From Myxococcota bacterium (GTDB lineage: Bacteria; Myxococcota_A; UBA796; GCA-2862545): a DNA stretch of 42,391 nt. The translations under genes were made by a program, and so were the position numbers. Under the pieces are notes generated by a model. That model was not told the DNA's origin. It did no database searches and saw only the letters and a program-made list of their open reading frames with translations. Positions 1 to 7,237 of the stretch are shown here, in pieces; the stretch's first letter is position 1; every line of letters starts with the position of its first letter. The stretch covers positions 1 to 42,391 of the forward strand of contig JBCCQY010000070.1 in NCBI GenBank assembly GCA_039208735.1. The letters are read 5' to 3'.

Positions 1-137
1 GCACAGCTTCAGGAGCCGCAACTCGGCGGCAGACAGATCGACGGGCGGATTCCAAGTGTCCAACAGAAGCTCCTTCCTGGGCTTCTGTTAGATCACAACA
101 TACTCAGCGAGTCCATCCTTGACCGTTGATCGGGTCT
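1..137 (-). mobile_element. Left end and transposase 5' end of a probable IS1182-family insertion sequence (truncated by window edge)
   Basis: Minus-strand frame from TTG at 63 reads (M)DTWNPPVDLSAAELRLLKLC and is open to the edge; AGGAG RBS at 70-74. The W-x-PPV-x-LS-xx-E pattern resembles N-termini I recall from IS1182-family transposases. Putative end AGACCCGATCAA abuts a CTAG at 138-141. Confidence 0.55.
62..89 (-). promoter_or_regulatory. Hairpin covering the RBS and start codon of the putative transposase (could also terminate the upstream lipoprotein transcript)
   Basis: Perfect 9-bp inverted repeat AACAGAAGC (62-70) / GCTTCTGTT (81-89) with a 10-nt loop containing most of the RBS; TT of the TTG start lies in the stem. 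Confidence 0.6.
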
Positions 138-797
138 CTAGCGGGCGGTCACGTCCAGCGTGAAGAGACCGGGTTCGGTGGCATTCACGTTCTGCGTGAA
201 GAAAAACACCATGTCCTGGGACGAGTCGTTGTCGCCCGCGGTCTCGAAGCGCATCCGCACGTCGAGGAAGCGGCGTCCGTCGTCGAGCGCGTTCTGAACC
301 GCATCGGCGAAGTCGCACTCAAAGGGCTGATTGGGGCCGGTGGCAAACACACACGAGCCGCCGTTCGCCGGGGGTTCGAGGTCCCAGAGGGCCGACGAAA
401 ACCCATCGTGGATCACTTCATCGGCGAGGAGATCACCGAGATCTGCAAAGGGTGAGCCTTCGATTTGGGGCTCGACCGCCGCTGCGAGCAAGGCGCTTTC
501 GACGGTGGTGGCGCCGTCATCGACGAGGCTCTCCCCGTCCGCGCCTCGGGCCAGGTTGAAGGAAATGAAGATCTGGACCCCATCCCCTTCGGGAAAGCCA
601 TCGTTGAGGTTATCACCGGTAAAGATGCCGCCGCCCTGGCCCTGGAAGCCGCGAGGGGTGTGACCTTCCCGGTTGTCGTTGCCCGTGTTCTCGAACGCAA
701 ACGTCTGGGCTTCACCCATTCCTGCTGTGGGCTCGTTGCCTTCTTCACCGTTGCAAGCGACTAACGAAACAACCACCCATCCAGTCCACATGCGCAT
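138..797 (-). CDS. Hypothetical acidic lipoprotein
   Basis: 219-aa ORF; signal peptide ending in lipobox-like SLVAC; GGAGG RBS upstream. Confidence 0.8.
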   Translation of the reverse strand: MRMWTGWVVVSLVACNGEEGNEPTAGMGEAQTFAFENTGNDNREGHTPRGFQGQGGGIFTGDNLNDGFPEGDGVQIFISFNLARGADGESLVDDGATTVESALLAAAVEPQIEGSPFADLGDLLADEVIHDGFSSALWDLEPPANGGSCVFATGPNQPFECDFADAVQNALDDGRRFLDVRMRFETAGDNDSSQDMVFFFTQNVNATEPGLFTLDVTAR

Positions 798-911
798 AGC
801 ACCTCCGCGATGTCGAACGCAGACTCGCGATGTTGGGGACCGTTACGACGACGATCCCCCCATGGGGACCGCTACGGCACGATGTCGCCTCGTTGGGACG
901 TTCCTCGAAAG

Positions 912-2531
912 TCACTCATAGTAGACAACATAGGCCGACAAGTCGATGTTTCCGCCCGCTCCGACGTCGCTCCCCGCGAAGAAGCCCTCGTAGGTCAACG
1001 AGGCAGACTGGCCGGGGGTGACCAACGACGTGAGATCGGTGATGCGCGCCTCGACAGGCAGGCCGGGGCACCAGTAGGCCCGCAGCGGAGCCCAATTGCC
1101 CCATTGTCCGGGCGGTACGCCCTGGGCGGCGGCCGGGGCACACTCCAACGAGGCGCCTACCGCCCCTTCAGGCTGGATGAGGACGGCTTCCTGCCCGTCC
1201 ACCGAGAAGCGATGACGGTGGTCACACCATTCCGAGCAGTTCGTTCCTGCGGCTTGGCCATGGCCTGACAAGATTGTGACGAGTTCGACCTTCGAAGCCC
1301 CGGCCGGCACGTCGATCGTGACGGGCTTCCGGTTTTCGTTGTACTTCGCGTCGAAGGAACCGCCGGTGAACACCCGCTTTGCCGAGCTGGCCCGGGCCTT
1401 GCCCTGAGTCGACAACCGCAGTGCGATCCGAGCATCGCGGGGGGTGGCGCGTTCCCAATCCGGGCCCATCACGATGCGGAAAGTCTGGCTGCCACTGCCC
1501 ACCAGCCCCAAGAACGGCGAGGCGTCGATGGCCCATCGGCGGTTGCCTCGTCGCCAGTAGGGTGTGATCCAACGTGCCACTTCACGGCGTTCTTCGCACG
1601 TTTCGGACGTGCACCATTCGATGCGGGCGATGCGGTCCCATTCGGAGCATGCAAAGGGATTGCGAGCCTTGCAGGTCACTTCAACGTCGAATTCCATGGT
1701 GTCGAACGCCGAGATGTCGCTCGGCAGATCCACCGTGACGGGGAACACGCGTTCGGTGACTTCCTGATTGACAAGCTCGATCTCGGTGACCGTCTCGGCG
1801 TCGAGGCGGTGAGCGAGTTGAGCCTTGTGGTTGTAGAACTGGGGAAGGAAGCCGGCGAACGAGACCTGCGGGTTGCCTCCGACCACATCGTCGATGTTCC
1901 CACCGGGATCCCAAGTCTGGAAGCGATCAATGCCGATGAACCAAGGCAAGGGGGCCGAGGATGACCGGCTGTCGTCGATTTCCACCAGGGAGTCGGCCTG
2001 GTACTCGAGGTAATCGGCCACAAAGTCGCCCAGGCCACCTTTGATGCGCGACACGCGGTCGAGCACGAAGTGCACGCGATCGGCCCGACGCTTCCCGAGG
2101 TTCAGCGTGTCCTTCATCGCCTGAACGCGCTGCTCTCGGCGAGCCGGTCCCCCCTCATCCGAAACGAAGAGGAACTGGCTGTTCTTGGGCGCGTTCGCGA
2201 GCAACTCACTCGGATCGGAACTCCACAGCGCGTCGCCCTCGGCATTCTCGAAGTAGCTGACGACGACGAACGTGTCGCAGCCATTCCAAGCTTCCGAAAG
2301 GGTAAAGCTGCCATCCAGCGTCTCGACCGTGAAATCGCCTGCGACCTCTCCGAATTGCACGCCGACGCCTTCGGTCGTGAATGGGCGCGCGGGCACGCCG
2401 TCTTCGCAGGCCGTGAGCGCCGGAGCGCTGGTGTCCTGGCCGGTGTCGGCGTCCTTGGTTGACCCCGAACAAGCTGAAAGAATCCCGGAACCGATCATGA
2501 GACCGGCAAGGGCCAACGATTCCCAACGCAT
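912..2531 (-). CDS. Peptide-N-glycosidase F-related lipoprotein
   Basis: Lipobox LSAC; PNGase F-like motifs CSEWDR, RWITPYWR, SGHG...CSEWC, RAYWCPG. Confidence 0.8.
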   Translation of the reverse strand: MRWESLALAGLMIGSGILSACSGSTKDADTGQDTSAPALTACEDGVPARPFTTEGVGVQFGEVAGDFTVETLDGSFTLSEAWNGCDTFVVVSYFENAEGDALWSSDPSELLANAPKNSQFLFVSDEGGPARREQRVQAMKDTLNLGKRRADRVHFVLDRVSRIKGGLGDFVADYLEYQADSLVEIDDSRSSSAPLPWFIGIDRFQTWDPGGNIDDVVGGNPQVSFAGFLPQFYNHKAQLAHRLDAETVTEIELVNQEVTERVFPVTVDLPSDISAFDTMEFDVEVTCKARNPFACSEWDRIARIEWCTSETCEERREVARWITPYWRRGNRRWAIDASPFLGLVGSGSQTFRIVMGPDWERATPRDARIALRLSTQGKARASSAKRVFTGGSFDAKYNENRKPVTIDVPAGASKVELVTILSGHGQAAGTNCSEWCDHRHRFSVDGQEAVLIQPEGAVGASLECAPAAAQGVPPGQWGNWAPLRAYWCPGLPVEARITDLTSLVTPGQSASLTYEGFFAGSDVGAGGNIDLSAYVVYYE

Positions 2532-2574
2532 CGAGCGCCTCCCTTAAAAGAAGCGCTCATCGTATCAGACGGTC

Positions 2575-3381
2575 CTACTCTCGGTCAGGTCGGGGGGCGT
2601 CGCGGTCGTGGGGGCACGACAACTCGGCGTTCCCCAGCAGCTCGTCACCGAAGCCCAAGGCCTCTTCGATGCCGGAAATCACGAGGTTCGCAAGAAGATC
2701 ATCGCCCAGGCCGGTCACATCGACCTCGGTCCAACTCGCGAACCATCGGAGCGTCTGGTCGCCATCGTCGACAAACACGTCGAGCTGAAACAACTGCCGC
2801 CACGCATTCGAGCCGCCGTCCCCTTCAAAGATGCGATCGATGTGGGCTCGACCCACCATCACTTCGACGTCCGAGGAGCTGCGCACCGCGCGGTAGACCT
2901 TGGGTTGGTCGTACCAGACCCTCGCCAACAGCGACTCCCGCCGGACTTCGTTGCCAGTCACCAGCCGGTCGCAGTCGGTTGGAAAACAGTCGGGATCGCT
3001 TTCGAAGGTCCGACCCGCCCAGGTGGTGTTTGAGGACTCAATGCAGGTTTGAATCGGGTCTGTGATGAGGCGCAGCTGGTCCACCAAGGGAAACGCGCTG
3101 ATGCCCGAGGCAGCCACGCCCACCTGGTCGTCAGCGGACGTTCCGTTGGGCAACGACAAGGGGCCAAGGTCTTCAGGGCGCAAGACCGGCATACCGACTG
3201 CCCGGTCAGCGACGGATGTACGGAAGTCTTCCGTGGCAAGCCTCATCACGAGGTTGTCGATTCCCGCGACAAGTTCGTCGGGCTCTTCATCTTCAAAGTG
3301 AGCGAACAGGAAGCGACCGAGCGCTCCGACCTCAGCCGGAGCCTCGGGCGGAGGCCGACACGCGAGCAACCACCAAAGCAT
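2575..3381 (-). CDS. Hypothetical lipoprotein
   Basis: 268-aa ORF starting MLWWLLAC; co-directional with neighbours at short spacing. Confidence 0.75.
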   Translation of the reverse strand: MLWWLLACRPPPEAPAEVGALGRFLFAHFEDEEPDELVAGIDNLVMRLATEDFRTSVADRAVGMPVLRPEDLGPLSLPNGTSADDQVGVAASGISAFPLVDQLRLITDPIQTCIESSNTTWAGRTFESDPDCFPTDCDRLVTGNEVRRESLLARVWYDQPKVYRAVRSSSDVEVMVGRAHIDRIFEGDGGSNAWRQLFQLDVFVDDGDQTLRWFASWTEVDVTGLGDDLLANLVISGIEEALGFGDELLGNAELSCPHDRDAPRPDRE

Positions 3382-3389
3382 GGGGGATT

Positions 3390-3854
3390 CTACCCGGTCA
3401 TGAACCAGGCCATCTCAGGTCGTGGACGATGGCTCGAAGGAAGCTGGACGTACCGCAGATAATCGAGGAATCGCGCAAACACCTGGCCGGCGGGTTCCTT
3501 CACTCGGCTGCCTCCGAGCCGGGCCACGATGCTGCCTGCGCGCGTCTCGGGTTCGGGGAGGCCCAAGTAGCGCGAGACGCGTTCGGCTCCGTACTGGGCG
3601 ACGGCATTGGTGACGAGCGCTTCGATGTGTTTGCAACAGCCGCCGCTATTGAGACCCCCGCACGGACGGTTGTTGTTGGTGCTGCAGCAATAATCGCCCG
3701 TTTCGGCCTTGATGGACGAAACGTAGACTCGATCGGCGGACGAACCCGATGAGACCACTCCCTGGAGTCGACCATCGAACAGCTCGACAAACGGCACTTT
3801 GGCGATGTTTCTTCGCTGCGGCGCGACACGCGGGAAGGCGCGGAAACTGGACAT
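3390..3854 (-). CDS. SWIM zinc-finger-like protein
   Basis: ATG at 3854 with GGAGGA RBS; motif YCCSTNNNRPCGG...CCKHI resembles SWIM C-x-C...C-x-H. Confidence 0.7.
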   Translation of the reverse strand: MSSFRAFPRVAPQRRNIAKVPFVELFDGRLQGVVSSGSSADRVYVSSIKAETGDYCCSTNNNRPCGGLNSGGCCKHIEALVTNAVAQYGAERVSRYLGLPEPETRAGSIVARLGGSRVKEPAGQVFARFLDYLRYVQLPSSHRPRPEMAWFMTG

Positions 3855-4062
3855 GTGTCCTCCACACCTCAGATGTATGCCTGTGGGCGGGCGAATTCTG
3901 TCCGGAACTCGAAGGCGAGCATCGTTCGTTTTGGCAAACCAAGATGGTGCGATGACGTCGCTTTTACTCACGGATGCAGCCGCCACGGCGCGAGGACAAT
4001 GGGTCGTAGGGTTCTCTCTTCCGCGGTCGTCAAACGACGCTCGACTCGACATGTACGTAGGC

Positions 4063-4605
4063 ATGGAACATCGACTCCACGTCCTGCTCGAACGCCTGTC
4101 GAACGTGCTCCGTGAAGACTTGCGGACCGTGGCCACGGCCCACGACCTAAAGCTCGTTCAGCTCGACGCGCTTCAGTACCTGGTGGTCGCAAACCGCTTC
4201 AGCGACACGTTGACGGCTCTGGTTGCGTTTCTGGGTTCCACCAAAGGGACCGCGAGCCAGACGGTGAAGGCGCTGGAGCGGAAGGGCTTGTTGGTCCGCT
4301 CCCAAGACCCGGATGATGGAAGGGTCTTCCACCTCGAGTTGACCGAGGAGGGCCGCCGCATTGCAGAGCGCGCACTTCCCGCGCCTGCCTTGTCCGACAT
4401 CGAGGCCCCCGACACCCATGCGGACAACATTGAAGCCCTCCTGCAGCAGATGCTCGCGGCCCGTGGAGGCGCTCGATTCGGCGTGTGCCACACCTGTCGC
4501 CATCACGATCGGCGAGGGGACCAGCGTTGGTGTGCCCTCCTGAAGACCGAACTCCATGAGAGTGAGGTCTCAAAGTGGTGTACGGAACACGAACCGGCCG
4601 AGTAG
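4063..4605 (+). CDS. MarR-family transcriptional regulator with Cys-rich C-terminus
   Basis: wHTH TKGTASQTVKALERKGLL..DPDDGR..LELTEEG; tail CHTCRHH..CALL..CTEH. Start may be 4051. Confidence 0.85.
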   Translation: MEHRLHVLLERLSNVLREDLRTVATAHDLKLVQLDALQYLVVANRFSDTLTALVAFLGSTKGTASQTVKALERKGLLVRSQDPDDGRVFHLELTEEGRRIAERALPAPALSDIEAPDTHADNIEALLQQMLAARGGARFGVCHTCRHHDRRGDQRWCALLKTELHESEVSKWCTEHEPAE

Positions 4606-4661
4606 AACCGCCCGCCGAACGGAACACGAAACGCGAAGAGGGGCTTGCTCAATCCCATGAA

Positions 4662-4684
4662 TGAATGAATGACTCATTCATTCA
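4662..4684. promoter_or_regulatory. Perfect palindrome, probable TetR-family operator
   Basis: TGAATGAATGA-C-TCATTCATTCA directly upstream of the GGAGGT RBS of the operon carrying a TetR gene. Confidence 0.75.
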
Positions 4685-4695
4685 GGAGGTGGTAC

Positions 4696-5355
4696 ATGAC
4701 CGGTTTGGGCTGGGTGGTTCTCGTGGGCGGACTGCCCGGCGATGAAGCCCCTTTGCGCCGGCTCGAAGACGCACTTGGGGCGTCGGGTTGGCCCGTGGTT
4801 CGGGCGTCGACCGACCGGTGGGCCGTCGTTGACGCCAATGCCGAACAAGTGGCCCAAACCCTCCGCACCCATCCCGGTGCGGTGGTGGTGAGCCTGGGTC
4901 GGGGCGGGCCCGAGACCGCACTCGCGCTCCAGGACGCGGATCTGCAGGTAGCGGGATGGATCAATGTGCACGGCTTCCTCCGGGGGCTGGACCACCCACG
5001 GCGTCACCTCGCATCACCCAGACTCTCGTTTTCGCCTTACGGACCCGTCATCACGCGGATTCCCCGTGCGACGGTGGCCTCGCTGCGTTCCGACACGCTC
5101 GGGGCTCGGATCTGGACGCTTCCCGACGGTCTTCCCGTGATCGATGTGGTGGTCGTCCCTCGGCGGAAGTCCGATCCATCGATCGCCACGCAACGAACGG
5201 GAGGGCGGCGGATCGACGTGGCTCCGTCTGCCCTGCATCAGCTCGATGCGATGGTCCTGCCCCTCTTGGAGGGCGAGGCGAGGGCGTTAGAGCGGGCGTC
5301 ATGGCCCGTCCTCGACCCGCCGATCGCTTCGCCGCTCTTCTCGATGCCGGACTGA
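4696..5355 (+). CDS. Hypothetical protein, degenerate alpha/beta-hydrolase-like fold
   Basis: GGAGGT RBS; VVLVGGLPG and VVVSLGRGG segments resemble hydrolase strands and nucleophile elbow. Confidence 0.6.
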   Translation: MTGLGWVVLVGGLPGDEAPLRRLEDALGASGWPVVRASTDRWAVVDANAEQVAQTLRTHPGAVVVSLGRGGPETALALQDADLQVAGWINVHGFLRGLDHPRRHLASPRLSFSPYGPVITRIPRATVASLRSDTLGARIWTLPDGLPVIDVVVVPRRKSDPSIATQRTGGRRIDVAPSALHQLDAMVLPLLEGEARALERASWPVLDPPIASPLFSMPD

Positions 5356-6005
5356 CCGTCTTTGCCAGCAAAGGGCTTCAAGGCGCTCGCATGTCCGATG
5401 TGGCCCAGGTGATGGGCGTGTCGCCGGGCACGCTCTACAACTACGTGCAGAGCAAAGAAGCCCTGTTCTTTCTGTTGCTCGAGCATGGGTTGGCCCCCGA
5501 GCCCCCCGATCTTCCCGAAACGCTTCCGGTCGTGGATCCTCCGCGAGAGGAGTTGTTTTCGCGGCTCGCCGAACAGGTGGAAACCCACAACCAGATGCCT
5601 CGGCTTTGGGCGGCGCTGGACACCCCTGAGGTGGACGACGCGGTCGCCGAGCTTCGCGACATCACGGCCGAGTTGTACGACCTCAATGCGGCGAATCGTC
5701 GGTGGATCGATCTACTGGAGCGGTCGTCCGAAGACCTGCCGGAGGTGGCCCGACTGTTCCTCGTGGACGTCCGCCAAGTGCTCTTCGATCAGCTGACGCG
5801 CTACTTCCGCCAACGAATGGAACGCCACCAGTTGGCCGCGTTGGTCACGCCGGTGATGGCCGGGCGGTACGTCGTTGAACTCATCACCACGTTCACACGT
5901 CGACTGCCGCACGATCCTGACCCCAAGGCCTTGCCATTGACCCCTGAAGCAGTGCGGGACTCGGTGGTCGACTTGGTTGGAGCCACGTTCACCCCCCGCA
6001 CGTAA
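5301..6005 (+). CDS. TetR/AcrR-family transcriptional regulator
   Basis: MARPR...GLTVFASKG..GARMSDVAQVMGVSPGTLYNYVQSKEALF is a canonical TetR HTH. Confidence 0.92.
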   Translation: MARPRPADRFAALLDAGLTVFASKGLQGARMSDVAQVMGVSPGTLYNYVQSKEALFFLLLEHGLAPEPPDLPETLPVVDPPREELFSRLAEQVETHNQMPRLWAALDTPEVDDAVAELRDITAELYDLNAANRRWIDLLERSSEDLPEVARLFLVDVRQVLFDQLTRYFRQRMERHQLAALVTPVMAGRYVVELITTFTRRLPHDPDPKALPLTPEAVRDSVVDLVGATFTPRT

Positions 6006-6333
6006 GCCACAACCGGAGCCGCGTGCGGTCCTCCACGTCCACCCCGTCTTGGGGCGGCATGTCGGGTTGTTCGCCGGTGGCCCGTTCCAGGATGCGCTCC
6101 GACCACATCCAGGCGTCTTCTTCGCGATCGAAGAACACCGTCGTGGGGGCGCCTTGTCGGTTTGGGCTCGTACTTGCGTGGCACGCCTGGCAGTTTTCAA
6201 TGAGGAAGCCTTGGCCAAAGTTGGCCCAGGTCAACACGGGCGCGGTGGCACACTCGGCCTCGGGTGTCGTCGTCGTCTCGCTGGTCGTTGCGCAGCCCAG
6301 CAGACCGAAAAGCGCCCATCCCCAATGTCGCAT
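5989..6333 (-). CDS. Small monoheme c-type cytochrome lipoprotein
   Basis: AGGAGG RBS; lipobox LLGC; CQACH heme motif; distal MPP motif. Confidence 0.8.
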   Translation of the reverse strand: MRHWGWALFGLLGCATTSETTTTPEAECATAPVLTWANFGQGFLIENCQACHASTSPNRQGAPTTVFFDREEDAWMWSERILERATGEQPDMPPQDGVDVEDRTRLRLWLTCGG

Positions 6334-6385
6334 CGCTGCCTCCTCCTGACGCCCGACCGACCCGCGAACCGGGCTGAGGGGAAAG

Positions 6386-7231
6386 TCAGCGATCGAGGAG
6401 ACCCTCCGAGGCCTTAGGCTGGGGCGGTTGTTCGCCCGGCACGGGCCGCGGCCGTTCCGCATAGGGCTTGACGGTAGGAACGGGCTTTGGTCCTGCCGTA
6501 GGGGTCGGCGGTGGAACGTAGCGTCGAATCAGGCGAGGGCGTGGTTCCGGAGCGGGGGCGACCACGGGTTCGGGCTCCGGTTCGAGGGGCTCCGTGATGA
6601 CCGGCGGTTCTTCCTCTTCGGTGTCTAGGACGTCCGATCCGTCTGCCGCTGCGGCCTGCTGCAGGTCTTCAGAGAGGCTCGGCGGGGGTGGGGCGGCTTG
6701 AACGGCGGTGGGGACAGGTTCAGGCTCGGCCGAGTTCGGTTCCGAAGGCGTAGCCAGGCCCGCGGGAAACGAAACTTCAGGGATGGCAAGGTTCGTGATC
6801 CACTCCTGGGTATCGGCGAACCACGCTTCGGTACGCGTAGGCTCGATGAACCATACGGCGGCCAACGCAAAGCTGATGCCACCCAAGAGGCCCAGCGCCA
6901 AGGCCGCTACGCCGAGGTTCAAGAACCAACGAAAAGGCGACCGCCGTCGCTCATCGCGCGCTTGGTCCGCGGTGAGGATAGGAATCGGCGACCGCCGGCG
7001 CATCGGAGTCAGTCCGAGCTGGGGAATGGCCGGAATCTCGGCTTCGGTCGTGCTTGGCAACAACTCGACTTCAGCCACTTCGACCGGCCAGGCATCGATG
7101 GGCAGGTCCGCCCCTTGCGTGGGCATTTCGGCGGGATCGATCGACGGCCGATGGGCCAGCTCACGCAGGTCGGGCGGACTGTGTCGGGGGGGCTGTCGGG
7201 TCGCCAATGCTCCGTCCTCCTCGTGAGCCAT
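6386..7231 (-). CDS. Proline/acid-rich single-pass membrane protein of unknown function
   Basis: One long hydrophobic helix (LNLGVAALALGLLGGISFALAAVWF) flanked by Pro/Glu-rich low-complexity regions; starts 7 bp after the channel gene. Confidence 0.65.
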   Translation of the reverse strand: MAHEEDGALATRQPPRHSPPDLRELAHRPSIDPAEMPTQGADLPIDAWPVEVAEVELLPSTTEAEIPAIPQLGLTPMRRRSPIPILTADQARDERRRSPFRWFLNLGVAALALGLLGGISFALAAVWFIEPTRTEAWFADTQEWITNLAIPEVSFPAGLATPSEPNSAEPEPVPTAVQAAPPPPSLSEDLQQAAAADGSDVLDTEEEEPPVITEPLEPEPEPVVAPAPEPRPRLIRRYVPPPTPTAGPKPVPTVKPYAERPRPVPGEQPPQPKASEGLLDR

Positions 7232-7237
7232 CAACCG

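Noticed and set aside
58..93. GTCCAAC...GTTAGAT resembling integron attC core sites (RYYYAAC / GTTRRRY)
   Set aside because: Only 36 bp, shorter than known attC sites; single copy, no integrase; better explained as the hairpin over the transposase start.
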